Shown: one piece after another, positions 31,321-41,429 of the stretch | Numbering within the stretch: the first letter of the stretch is position 1 | Layout of the letters: each line of letters begins with the position of its first letter | DNA from: Longimicrobiales bacterium | GTDB taxonomy: Bacteria > Gemmatimonadota > Gemmatimonadetes > Longimicrobiales > Gaopeijiaceae | Length of the DNA: 64,000 nt | NCBI GenBank assembly: GCA_965219445.1 | Contig: CBDCNQ010000005.1 | Location: 1,568,001 to 1,632,000 of the forward strand | Direction: 5' to 3' | Notes under the pieces: model-generated | The model's input: only the letters and a program-made list of their open reading frames with translations | Databases searched by the model: none | Told to the model about the DNA's origin: nothing | Position numbers and translations under genes: made by a program

Positions 31321-32750
31321 CCCCTTCCTCCTCTTCTGAGAAAGAACGGAAGCTTCTTGGAGAAATCCACGGGAAGGTTGCGACGAACCTCCTCCATGAC
31401 CTCCACATCTACACGTGTGTAACCGCGGTCCTGGGCGAACTTCTCGACCCTTGCCATGACCACTCCACGAACGAAGCTCGGTACGCTGTCGATACGGGCG
31501 AGGGCCTGCGGAGACCACTCGATCACGGCGGTTGCGGCGTGCTCGGCGGAGACCGGTCCGTCGTCTGCGATCAACCGCCTGTCTGGGCCCGACCGCCCGT
31601 AGGAGACAGATCGGCGAGGCTCAATGAGGGGTGTCTCTCCAGAGGGCTCGTAGGCGCAGGAGTCATCCGGACCCATGAAGTCGCCGCTGTCGGCGTAGGC
31701 GCGAGCACGGCATCCTCCACACACCTCCCGAAACTCGCACCGTCCGCACCGTCCGCCGAGCTCGCCCGACCTGAGCTGAGTGAATATGAGCGACGACTCC
31801 CAGATTTCCTTGAAGCTCTGCGTCAACAAGTCCCCCGCGGCCACGGGCATGTAAGGACACGGGGTGACTTTGCCCTCCGGTGTGATACGCACGTAGTGGA
31901 CGCCGCATGGGCAGCGAGTCTCATAATTGAGAAGGGGAGACTCCGGATCACCCTGGACCACGTGGCGCATTATTTGAGGTTGGCACTTCGAGCGGACCAT
32001 CATGCGGCCCCGATACGTTCCCTCCAGCTCGACGAGTTCTCGCAAGACGCTGTCGTTCTCTTCAGGACTCATGCCCTGCATGAGTCCTGCTCGCCCGGTG
32101 GGCACCACGAAGTAGACGTTGAAGGAAACGGCGCCCGCCTCGGCGGACCAGCGAGCCAAATCTGCTATCTCGTGCCTATTGCCGGTTGTGACCGTCGTCT
32201 GAATAACGAAATCGAGCGTTCGGGTGGCGCAACGCTCGACCGCCGCCATCGTGTCCGTGAGTGCGCCCCCGCCGTGCCGGAATCGATCATGGTACTCGGG
32301 ACGGAGCGAGTCGATGCTGACGGCGACACCTTTGACACCGGCCCCCATTAGAGAGTCGATGCGCTCCTCGGTCAGGCGCGTCCCGTTCGTGCCCACCACG
32401 ACCGTGGCGCCCCGCCCCGAGGCTCGCTCGGCCAGGGCTTCCAGGTCGTCTCGCAGGAGGGGCTCTCCCCCCGTGAGGATCAGCATGGGGTTGGGGTTCA
32501 CGTCGAGGATCTCATCCACGATGCGCAGGCATTGATCCGTTGTGAGCTCATCGTCGGCTGCATGCCAGGAACCCGCCGAGATATAACAGTGCGCGCACGC
32601 CAGGTTGCATCGTTTCGTGAGGTTCCACGCAACGATGTGCGGAATGTACGGACCACGCTCACGGCTCGGTGAGACCGTCTCAAGCCCATCCGGAAGGGGG
32701 GGGGTCAGAGCTGCCGAAGAGGCGGACCTGAGATCGGCTGCGAGGGTCAC
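31317..32750 (-). CDS. Radical SAM/SPASM protein (AhbC/AhbD/NirJ-like) with C-terminal PCP_red domain
   Basis: WNLTKRCNLACAHC, GGEP, CPCG..ITPEGKVTPCPY, CGRCEFREVCGGCRARA; C-terminal WSPQA..R...VPSFVRG. Confidence 0.82.
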   Translation of the reverse strand: MTLAADLRSASSAALTPPLPDGLETVSPSRERGPYIPHIVAWNLTKRCNLACAHCYISAGSWHAADDELTTDQCLRIVDEILDVNPNPMLILTGGEPLLRDDLEALAERASGRGATVVVGTNGTRLTEERIDSLMGAGVKGVAVSIDSLRPEYHDRFRHGGGALTDTMAAVERCATRTLDFVIQTTVTTGNRHEIADLARWSAEAGAVSFNVYFVVPTGRAGLMQGMSPEENDSVLRELVELEGTYRGRMMVRSKCQPQIMRHVVQGDPESPLLNYETRCPCGVHYVRITPEGKVTPCPYMPVAAGDLLTQSFKEIWESSLIFTQLRSGELGGRCGRCEFREVCGGCRARAYADSGDFMGPDDSCAYEPSGETPLIEPRRSVSYGRSGPDRRLIADDGPVSAEHAATAVIEWSPQALARIDSVPSFVRGVVMARVEKFAQDRGYTRVDVEVMEEVRRNLPVDFSKKLPFFLRRGGRG

Positions 32751-34915
32751 GCTTCGCTCGGTTCCTGTCTCATGAATTGTTCGATCGCGGCCTTTGCGTC
32801 CTCCGGTGAGACGGTCTTGAAGTCCACCGGGCAGTCCTCGGCGGCCTCGGCCACGTCCCGAATCGGGCAGCGCGTCACGCCGCTGGCCTTGGCCTCCTCG
32901 ATGAATTTCCGCATCTCGGGGGTCATGCCGTCGACGCCCTCGGCTGCCGCTTTGATCTGCTTTGTCTGGAGTTCTCGGAACATGACCAACATGGTGTCCA
33001 TGTCGAACTCGTCGGCCTCGATCATGGCCTGCTTGTTCTCATCCATCACAGGCGTGGTGACTCTCCAGAAGTCGTTCTCACGGGCGAAGCGCTCCACCGT
33101 GTTGCGGGCCAACGGCCTCGCGATCAACGGCACCTGCTTCAGTCGGTCGAAAGCCTCCTCGGTCCACTCGATAAGATCGTCCGCCGTCCGTTCGCGCATT
33201 AACGGATGACCACTGTACGGGCAGGTGGCGGAGATCATGGGGACCTCCGGCTGCGGGTCGGAATCCAAACCGTTGACCAGCGTCCGCTTCATCGCTTCGT
33301 CGGCCTTCACCTCGGCGAGGGCGAGCTCCTCTGCTGTGCCGATCCCCATGATCAACTGCATGTGGGTCGGAAGCAGCTTCGTGATGGCTTCGTCCAAGCG
33401 AGGGCTCGTCACCATCGGAAGACCGCCAACGCCGAGCGGGGGCACCGACGCGCCCGGATCCGCACCGTTGGTGGCGGCCTCGGTTCCCGTGAGGGTTGCC
33501 CCTTCGCCGTTAGCCGAGGAGCCGCTTCCGTTTTTCGTGGTGGCGGTGCCCTTCGAGGCCGCCTGCACGATCGACTCTTCGCGGTACGTGCCATTGGCTC
33601 CAGCGCCGTAGTTGTCGAGCACGTATTCTTCAACCGCTTTACGGGCGATCCCGAGTGCGAACGGCGGCACCCGAAGAATTCGGACTTCGGCATCGGGCGC
33701 CCACTCGAGCCCGGTCTCACCGTCCTCTTCGATCCAGGGAATGTCGTCCGGGCGAACGTCGGTCGTGCCGATGAGCAGGATGTTCGTGGGTGAGAGGCGG
33801 CACAGATTATCCGCCTGAGATCCCATGTCGGTACCCTCGATCCGGTGCCCCCCGTGGCGTGCGAGGATCAGAAGGCTCGGCTCGATCTCCTCGATCCACT
33901 GAAGGATGCATTGGAAGGGTTTACCGATGAGGATCTGCGTCTCGACCTGGACCTCGGGGAACTCCTGCGCCATCACCTCGGCCCGCTTGAGATTGGCCTG
34001 TGCCAGCTTCAGAAGACCCTTGTCGATGATGTTGTTATGGAGCTCTTCCTGCTCCTCGAACTTGAAGACCTTCGAGGCTTGCACGGAAAGAATGTCCTTG
34101 ATGTTCCCGAACACGGCGTGGTGGTATTCCACATCGAAGGCCGAGCACACATGAAGCTTCGCCCCGAACTCCTTGGCCATCTCCAAGGCATGCCGCATGG
34201 CCTTGTAGGAGTACGAAGAACCGTCGACACAGACGATCCAATCACCGCCTTCTAGTGCGCGTTCGTCCCTGACGATCAAGGTGTCCTTTTCGACCTGGCG
34301 GATGACCCGCGAAACCATCCCACCCAACTGTGAGTAGGGCTGCTTGCCGATCCCATGCGCACCGATGGCGAGGAGGTCATAGTCGCGACCACTCGAGCCG
34401 GCGAGCTTCTCATCCTGGTCCTCGTCCTCCGCGACGATCCGCCCGTCCTCGTCCACGATGACGTCGCTACGGACGCTTTCACCGCCGTCGTACTTGTCCG
34501 CGATGTTCGGGTCGAAGCCGATCAAGCTGGGAAGGCGGCCGGCGCCTCGGTTGGCCTCCCGAGAGACCTCCTCATAGTTGATGCCCTCGAGGAGCTGCCG
34601 GGTCAGCGGTACGCCCGCCGTCTCACAACTGTTGGCGGTCTGATCGAGAAAGGAATCCGATATGAGCTGGAGGCCCTTCTCGATCAGCTTGTCGTGAACC
34701 TTCCTCTGCCGCTTGATTTCTTCCGCGCTCTGGAACTGGGCGGGGAGCCCGGTCTCCAACTGTCGAAACCGCACATCGTGAAGGCGAGCAGCGTACACAT
34801 GATTGCCAGTGATCCGCCCCTCGGAGCGTTTACAAAGCTCGATGGCGCGGTCAACCGCCCAGTGTGAATTATCGGAGTTGTCGACGGGTACGAAGACTTC
34901 ACGGTACATAAGCAC
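32747..34915 (-). CDS. Tandem universal stress protein domains plus two PCP_red-like domains
   Basis: VPVDNS..S, GAHG, VCVDGSSYS, ARHG and MGSQA; WAPDAE.R..RVP.F and WTEEA..RL..VP. Confidence 0.75.
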   Translation of the reverse strand: MLMYREVFVPVDNSDNSHWAVDRAIELCKRSEGRITGNHVYAARLHDVRFRQLETGLPAQFQSAEEIKRQRKVHDKLIEKGLQLISDSFLDQTANSCETAGVPLTRQLLEGINYEEVSREANRGAGRLPSLIGFDPNIADKYDGGESVRSDVIVDEDGRIVAEDEDQDEKLAGSSGRDYDLLAIGAHGIGKQPYSQLGGMVSRVIRQVEKDTLIVRDERALEGGDWIVCVDGSSYSYKAMRHALEMAKEFGAKLHVCSAFDVEYHHAVFGNIKDILSVQASKVFKFEEQEELHNNIIDKGLLKLAQANLKRAEVMAQEFPEVQVETQILIGKPFQCILQWIEEIEPSLLILARHGGHRIEGTDMGSQADNLCRLSPTNILLIGTTDVRPDDIPWIEEDGETGLEWAPDAEVRILRVPPFALGIARKAVEEYVLDNYGAGANGTYREESIVQAASKGTATTKNGSGSSANGEGATLTGTEAATNGADPGASVPPLGVGGLPMVTSPRLDEAITKLLPTHMQLIMGIGTAEELALAEVKADEAMKRTLVNGLDSDPQPEVPMISATCPYSGHPLMRERTADDLIEWTEEAFDRLKQVPLIARPLARNTVERFARENDFWRVTTPVMDENKQAMIEADEFDMDTMLVMFRELQTKQIKAAAEGVDGMTPEMRKFIEEAKASGVTRCPIRDVAEAAEDCPVDFKTVSPEDAKAAIEQFMRQEPSEA

Positions 34916-34997
34916 CTCGGGCGGCGGCCCTCATTATCACGGTCTTCGGCGCCCCTACAAAGGGCGCTTGTTCCAAATGGTGCATGTTGTGCGCATG

Positions 34998-35027
34998 AGT
35001 ATACCCGACCCCTCTCAGGGCTGTCAA
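34998..35027 (-). promoter_or_regulatory. Sigma70-like promoter for the USP-to-cox gene run
   Basis: Minus strand TTGACA (35027-35022), N18, TATACT (35003-34998), ~80 nt upstream of the USP start. Confidence 0.6.
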
Positions 35028-35058
35028 CAAAGGGTGAGTCGGGGTGTCTAATCGGTTC

Positions 35059-35772
35059 TCATCGGCCGCCGAGCCCTATCGCATAGCGGCCGGCTACAGC
35101 AAGCAGAAGCAACACTGCGAGCGTGGCTCCGATGGGTGCTGTGAGCAGTGCCGGGTCCAAGTCGGACCCGCCGGCCCCGGCTGCCGAGAGTAAGGTCTCA
35201 TGGAGCGGACGGAAGGGATTCCACGCCTCCAGCGTGGCCTGCCATGTTTCTGGAACGGGGGTACGAAACGTGCCCGCCCAATGCAGAAACAGGAGAGCAG
35301 CCACGGCCGAGAAGAGTGCTCCTTCGGCGACGGATTTGGCCAAGGCAGCAGTGAGTGCCCCGAGCGCGTTCGCTGCCAGCAGTCCGAGTACCATGGCTGG
35401 TACGACGATGGCCAGCTGAGAAGCCGAACTTCCCCTCGCTGCGGCGATGACCAGCACCGACGGCGCCAGCTCGATCAGGTCGAGTACGGTGGTGGCGAGT
35501 ACGCGCTGAAGAAGGAGGCCACCGGGGTGAACTCCTGTGAGCACGTAACGCCGGAGAAGCCCCGACTCACCATCACGGATCAGTGGGATGCTCGAGCCGA
35601 ACGTGCCGAACAGGGCGAAGAGCACGGTGAAGACGGCCGCCGCGTGTACGGCGGGCGCCGAGCTGAGCGCGATGGTGGCCACGAACGTCAGGGGAATCAG
35701 AATGTTGAACAGAAAGAGGCGTCGGCGCCGTAGGGCGGTGAGCCATTCCGTCCTCCACACGGCGAGCGTCAC
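35059..35772 (-). CDS. ABC-2 type permease
   Basis: About six TMs, RD.ESG.L motif; GTG overlaps the ATPase stop. Confidence 0.75.
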   Translation of the reverse strand: MTLAVWRTEWLTALRRRRLFLFNILIPLTFVATIALSSAPAVHAAAVFTVLFALFGTFGSSIPLIRDGESGLLRRYVLTGVHPGGLLLQRVLATTVLDLIELAPSVLVIAAARGSSASQLAIVVPAMVLGLLAANALGALTAALAKSVAEGALFSAVAALLFLHWAGTFRTPVPETWQATLEAWNPFRPLHETLLSAAGAGGSDLDPALLTAPIGATLAVLLLLAVAGRYAIGLGGR

Positions 35773-36728
35773 GCGTCCTCTTTCTGTGTGCCCAAGGCGT
35801 GTCTCTCTGGGCCGAAGGCTTCGCCGGTGAAATGCGTGAACACGTCCGTGAGGTCGGGTTCCCGGAGCTCGATCCGCTCGATCTTCAGCCCCGTGCCGAG
35901 AATCGTGCCAACCAACTGCGGAAGGACGTCTGGGCCGGATCCGCTCTCGGCGATGATCCGCCCCGGTAGTTGTTGGATCGAAAGGATGTCCGCCGGGAGC
36001 TCCGCGAGGTCCACCGGAGGGCCAGCGACGTGCACCTCGATTCGCGTGGCACCGCCGACTTCGGCGAGAAGCTGGGATGGACTGCCGTGCGCGACGACCT
36101 TCCCTTCGTGGAGAAGAACCACCACTGTGGCCAATGCTTGGGCCAGTGCGGGTTCGTTGGTGGCGACGAGCGTGCACACACCCTTTGCCGAGCGCTCCTC
36201 GAGTATAGAAAGGAGTGCTTCCCGCGAAGGTGGATCGAGGCCGAGCGCCGGCTCGTCCAAAATGAGCATCTTGGGCTCGTGAACCAGAGCCTGTGTGATG
36301 AGAAGCTTTTTCTTCATCCCGTACGAGTACTCCCTCGTGGGGACGTGAAGCGCATCATCGAGGCCCATCGACGTGAAAAGCGCCTCCAGGGCCCTCGCAG
36401 ACCTGTCCCGAGGTAAACCGTAGAGCTCGGCGAACAGGAGTCCGTTCTCCATCCCGGTGAGATAGTCGACGTGGACCGGCGTATCCTGAACGATGCCGAT
36501 CTTTCTGCGGACCTCTCGCGAAGAGCGTCCGTAGGCTTCGCCGAAGAGGGTGAGCGATCCGGGGCGGGAGGGGAGTTCCGTGGATACCAGGCGAAGCAAA
36601 GTGCTTTTTCCGGATCCGTTCGGGCCCATCACGACCACGCGATCCCCGGGGCCTCCTCCGAGGGAGACCCCTCGCAGGCCCCTACGGCCCGAGGGATAGG
36701 TGAAGGAAAGCTCCGTGGCGCCGAACAA
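35769..36728 (-). CDS. ABC transporter ATP-binding protein
   Basis: GPNGSGKST, YSYGMKKK and LILDEP; probable TTG start just after the upstream stop. Confidence 0.85.
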   Translation of the reverse strand: MFGATELSFTYPSGRRGLRGVSLGGGPGDRVVVMGPNGSGKSTLLRLVSTELPSRPGSLTLFGEAYGRSSREVRRKIGIVQDTPVHVDYLTGMENGLLFAELYGLPRDRSARALEALFTSMGLDDALHVPTREYSYGMKKKLLITQALVHEPKMLILDEPALGLDPPSREALLSILEERSAKGVCTLVATNEPALAQALATVVVLLHEGKVVAHGSPSQLLAEVGGATRIEVHVAGPPVDLAELPADILSIQQLPGRIIAESGSGPDVLPQLVGTILGTGLKIERIELREPDLTDVFTHFTGEAFGPERHALGTQKEDA

Positions 36729-36730
36729 GC

Positions 36731-37231
36731 CTACATCCCTTCCAGGCCCAACTCCGTGCGTGCCCGGTCCATGATATCGGGCGTGATCTCGGAAATCCCC
36801 TTCTCGCGTGCCCAATCGGTGTAAATCCGCTTCACCATGCCGCGGACGAAGCTGGGCACACGCTCGAGCCGGCCCGCGGCCTCGGCGGTCCACACGACTG
36901 GGCCCCCGGCGGCCTCGGCGGCGCTCACGCCCTCGCCCCGGATCGCCGGTTCACCCGAGGCGAGCGGGATATCCTCGGACAGAGCGAACGCACCCTCGCG
37001 GCCGCCCTCGAGTGACGTGCGCGCCAGCTCCATGGGCTGGGTGGGGACTTCGCGTCCGCCGATCTTCACACCCATACTCGAGACCAGCTGCGTCTCCATC
37101 GGGTTGGTGAGCATCGCCATCTCCCGTCCGCATGACCCGCACGTGAATACGGCCGCCAGCGTACCGTCCCCGGGAATCTGTCGCTCGGCGAACTCCATGA
37201 CGTTGTCACAGTCCACGCAGAGAAACTTCAT
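36731..37231 (-). CDS. Zn-ribbon (CxxC...CxxC) plus PCP_red domain protein
   Basis: MKFLCVDC...CGSC; C-terminal WTAEAAGRLERVPSFVRGMVK...ITPDIMDRAR; ATGA overlap with the Mrp gene. Confidence 0.75.
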   Translation of the reverse strand: MKFLCVDCDNVMEFAERQIPGDGTLAAVFTCGSCGREMAMLTNPMETQLVSSMGVKIGGREVPTQPMELARTSLEGGREGAFALSEDIPLASGEPAIRGEGVSAAEAAGGPVVWTAEAAGRLERVPSFVRGMVKRIYTDWAREKGISEITPDIMDRARTELGLEGM

Positions 37232-38151
37232 GAGCCCGCCTCCTCGACCGCGTCCTCGGCCCGGGTCCCGACACGCTTTTCGACCTGATCGGCCAAGGTG
37301 AGAATCGCCCGGCTCGAGTGGGCGTCGGAGTCCGTGATCACGAGCGGCGTGCCCGAGTCCGTGGCGGCGCCGAACCGTGGATCGAAAGGAATCTCCGCCC
37401 AAACCGGTACGCCGGACTCCTCTTCGAGGCGTTTGGCGCCATCGCCCCTGAAGAGCTCGGACACGTGACCGCACTCCGGACATGTGTGACCCACCATGTT
37501 CGAAACCAACGCGACCTCTCCCACAGCGGCCTCACGGGCCATCCGAACTGATTTCGAAACCACGAAACGAGCCGCCTCGGACGGGGTCGTTACGAGGAGC
37601 ATCTGATCCACGTCAGGGACCAGTTCCAAGAGCCGTCGAATCTTGTCCGTCCCGGGGGGAACGTCGACCAGGAGTACGTCCAGCTCCCCCCACTCCACGT
37701 CACCCAGAAACTCCCGGAGGACCCCCGTTTCGAGCGTGCTTTGCCAAATGAACCCACCCATTCCGGGTTCGCGCCAGCGAAGGGGGGCGTCCTCCTCCTC
37801 CTGGAGCAACTCCATGGATATCACCCGGACTCCCGACGGGCTTTGGGCGGGCGCCACTCCGCTTGGCCGATCGGCCAGCCGCGCCCCGGATACGCCCAAC
37901 ATACCGGCTAACGAGGGTCCGTTGAGGTCGGCGTCGGCGGCCCCGACTGCGAGCCCCCTGGCCGCGAGAGCGGCGGCCAGGTTGGCCGTGATGGCGCTCT
38001 TGCCGACGCCCCCTTTGCCGCTAGCGATGGCCACGACCGACCGAACCCGAGCGAGGCGGTCGGCGAGGCGGCGTTGCTGGTCTACGACTTGCTCGAGCAG
38101 GTCCGAGCCGGTCTCATGGGTGACGTCTTGATAGGTTCGAATTTTTCGCAT
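37228..38151 (-). CDS. Mrp/ApbC/NBP35 Fe-S carrier P-loop ATPase
   Basis: SGKGGVGKS, DADLNGPS, WGELDVLLVDVPPGT and CPEC motifs. Confidence 0.88.
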   Translation of the reverse strand: MRKIRTYQDVTHETGSDLLEQVVDQQRRLADRLARVRSVVAIASGKGGVGKSAITANLAAALAARGLAVGAADADLNGPSLAGMLGVSGARLADRPSGVAPAQSPSGVRVISMELLQEEEDAPLRWREPGMGGFIWQSTLETGVLREFLGDVEWGELDVLLVDVPPGTDKIRRLLELVPDVDQMLLVTTPSEAARFVVSKSVRMAREAAVGEVALVSNMVGHTCPECGHVSELFRGDGAKRLEEESGVPVWAEIPFDPRFGAATDSGTPLVITDSDAHSSRAILTLADQVEKRVGTRAEDAVEEAGS

Positions 38152-38235
38152 CGGATCAGTCGTTTTGCAACGCCCGAAAGATCGCGCCGGATCCAGAGCC
38201 GCGGCACTCCCGGTGGCTCGCGAACTTCCGGGACA

Positions 38236-38469
38236 TCACGCTACTTGCTCCCCCTCTTCGTCGAACGCGGAGAGTGCGTCAACGGGGCAAGAGGCGCAGG
38301 CCTCGATCAATACTTCCCGCCCGATCGCATCGGTCTCACTGACAAAGACCGCTATCTCCTCGTCGTCGAACTCGAAGACGCCTGGCGCTGCTTCAATGCA
38401 GTCCCCGAAGCTGACACATAGGTCTCGGTCGATATGGACCCGGAGACCCTCTATAATACGCTCGGACAT
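38236..38469 (-). CDS. Monocluster ferredoxin
   Basis: DRDLCVSFGDC...AP.VF and ACASCPVDAL. Confidence 0.85.
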   Translation of the reverse strand: MSERIIEGLRVHIDRDLCVSFGDCIEAAPGVFEFDDEEIAVFVSETDAIGREVLIEACASCPVDALSAFDEEGEQVA

Positions 38470-38623
38470 ATATTGTCGGGGAAATCGTGGCGACCGTCTC
38501 CGGTCGCTGGTGGATGTAATTCAACCCCGCCGCTCATGCGCGATGAGTGAGCCGTAACGTGTCCGAGAGTGATCGGGGTGGCAAGGGGAATCTTGGCCCA
38601 TCCACTGATTTGGGAGAACCACT

Positions 38624-39112
38624 GTGGACGGACATCACACGGAAGCCCATGAGCCCTCCGCGGAGGGCCGTGGAGGTTCCTCCGATCCCTCCCAAAATCG
38701 CATAGGACTGGCCACGAGTGCGACCGTCCACTGTCTGGCCGGCTGCGGCCTGGGAGAGGTTCTGGGTGTCGTCATCGGAGTGGGGATCGGGCTGACGGCC
38801 GTCGCGACGATCGTTCTTGCCGTAATCCTCGGCTTCGTCTTCGGGTTTGCGTTGGGCCTCATTCCGCTGTTGCGAGGGGGATTTTCTTGGTCGTGGGCCA
38901 TCCGCCAAGTGCTCGTCGCCGAGGGCTTGAGCATCGCCGTAATGGAGACGGCTGAGGTCCTGGTGGAGGTCTATACGCCGGGTGTGATGCAAGCGGGTCT
39001 CAGCAGCCCGATTTTTTGGGGCGGAATGCTTCTGGCGTTGACCGCCGGCTTCCTCGCCGCCTGGCCGGTGAACTACTGGTTGGTGGGAAAGGGTGTCCGT
39101 CATATTCATTAG
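38624..39112 (+). CDS. DUF4396 family membrane protein
   Basis: ATVHCLAGCGLGE, LSIAVME and AWPVNYWLV.KG motifs. Confidence 0.8.
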   Translation: MDGHHTEAHEPSAEGRGGSSDPSQNRIGLATSATVHCLAGCGLGEVLGVVIGVGIGLTAVATIVLAVILGFVFGFALGLIPLLRGGFSWSWAIRQVLVAEGLSIAVMETAEVLVEVYTPGVMQAGLSSPIFWGGMLLALTAGFLAAWPVNYWLVGKGVRHIH

Positions 39113-39194
39113 ACGGGCTACCTTTTAGAGGACGCCCATCACCGCCTGGACCACCCAGACGATGGCGAAGAGCAGGGCCGGAAACAGGGCGAGG

Positions 39195-41429
39195 CTAGTT
39201 GCTGGGTGGCGGCGCCTCGATATGCATCTCAACGAGCATCGCCTGGAACCTGGGGTCCTCCCTGATCGGATCCACGTCCGGCAGCCAGGCGAGCGTCGCT
39301 ACTCCGAAAGCACGGAGGTCGATTGCTCGCTGCAGTGTGGCGATAGCCGAGTCGTACTGACCGACGGCTAACTGATACCGAGCCAGGTCGACCGATCGCT
39401 CGCGGAGCGCCGCGCTCAGGTCGGCGGGAACCTCCTGGGCCTGCCCGGTCGTGGCGAGGTGCTCGGCACCCGCCAGGAACTCAGCCATCGGCTCCGCATC
39501 GATCCCTTTCACCTCGGCCACGCGCGCGAAAGCATCCCCCGCGTCCCCGAAGCGCTTCTCAGCGAGGAATAGGAACCCGATCTCGGTCCAGATCCGTTCG
39601 TCGTTCGGGCTCAGCCGGATCCCGTCCTGAGCCTTGCCGATCGCCTGTTCCAGCCGCCCCGAAGCGGCGAATACGCGCGTTGCAGCGAGCTTCACGGCCG
39701 ACGACAGCATATCGACGCGCTCAGCGGCCCGAATCGTCGCGACGGCCCGCTCATGTTGTCCGGCACCCGCGAGCCCGCGGGCCCGGCGCAGGAGCGTCGA
39801 GGATGACGTTGGCCCACTCGCCAACGCTCGCTGGAACTCCACGCCGGCACCGGTCCAATCGTAGGACCTCGACAGGAAGAGCCCCATCGCCGATGGCGCC
39901 TCGCTCGACCCTGGGTCGATCCTCAGCGCTTCCAACGCGGTGCTAGCACCTTCCTCGAGCACCTCACCGACTTGTCGATCGGGCAGGATCTCAGAAGCCC
40001 GCGCGTATGCTTCCGCCGCACCGGCCCAGGCAGGCGCATAGGCGGAGTCCAACGCGATCGCCATGTGGTAATTGTCAATCGCCGCGAGGACTCCAGCCTC
40101 CGTATGGCGATTCACGTTGAACTGGCCCCACAGGTACTTGTCGTACGCCATCTGGTTGGTGGTTGGCACTTCATCGATCATGGACAGCTCACCCTCGGCG
40201 AATCGCATCTCGAGCGCGCCGAGGATCGCGCGCGATACTTCGTCTTGCACCACAAAGAGGTCATCGATAAGGCGCTCGTACTCCGCGCTCCAGATCTCCC
40301 CTCCATCGGCGGACAACAAGCGCGTCTGGACCCGAACACGGGCGTCGCTCTTCGCCACCGTGCCGGCGAGCACGCTGCGTACGCCCAACGCGGAAGCTAC
40401 GGCTGCATGGTCTACCCCTCCCATCATGGCGGCGAGAGAGGATGCTCGAGCGGCGACATCGAGCTCCGGAACGCTGGACAGGCGAATGCGCAGCTCGTCC
40501 GACAGCCCATCGCTGAAGTAGTCGTCCTCTGGGTTGTCCCCCACGTTCTCGAAAGGCAGGACGGCGATCGATCGGATCGCGCCGCCACCTGCGATGGGCT
40601 CCGGAGCCACGGAAGTCGCGTCGGTGAGGAACCACCCGAGCCCTCCCGCAGCCAAGACACCCGCGATCAAGAGCGCGGATCCGCCGCTCAGGAGACGAAT
40701 GGGAGCCGGTGACTCGCCGTGACTCCCGGCCGTGCGGATGAGCCCCTGGGACGTGATGTCGAAGAGCCAGGACCCCGCGAACGCGAGCGGCAATCCCACC
40801 AGGGTCGTGATTACGAGGAGCCGCATGACGAAGTAGGGCAGCCCAAGGGCGGGGAGCATGATGTCGGCGGCTTGCAGCACGGCGAACATCGCCGCCCCAT
40901 AGATCAGCACGACGCGAAAGACCCGGCGGCGCTTGAGCTCGGCGACGAAGTCCTTCACTGCGGAGGGGTCTCTTTTCTCAACGTCGTCTCGCATGGGGAC
41001 TTCCAGTCCGTCTGCCGCGATCGCATGGATTGCCACGGGTGAAACGACGTTCTTGAGACAGAAATGACCGAGGGACACGGTTGGAATCGACGGCCGGTTC
41101 TTGAGCTCGTCGAAAATTTTTTCCGAGACGAGAACACTCCCGGGAACCGCTAGCACCTGAATTCGAGCCGCTACGTTGACGGCGTCTCCGTAGACACCCT
41201 GATCGTCGAAGGAGACCTCTCCTTGATGGACCCCGATCCGTACGGGCACGGGGCTGTCGCTGGCGAGTGCACGTTGAATGTCGATTGCGGCTGAAACCGC
41301 AGCGACTGCACTCGGAAAGACGGTGAGGCTGCCGTCGCCATAGTGCTGGACAACCTTACCACCGTGCTCCCCAGCGGAGGAAGCAACCGCGTCACGCTGA
41401 CGCCGCCGAGCGGAAAGCGCGTTTGGGTC
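39195..41429 (-). pseudogene. 5'-truncated class III cyclase / TolB-like / TPR membrane protein
   Basis: YGDG, RIGVHQG, GDAVNVAARI, ELKRRRVFRV, SIAVLPFEN and TPRs; frame open to 41429, then TGA with no start and no first cyclase motif. Confidence 0.7.

Noticed and set aside
31317..37231. Photosynthesis (bch) genes suggested by the PCP_red domains
   Set aside because: Only the short terminal domain is present; no BchL/N/B catalytic cores or puf genes
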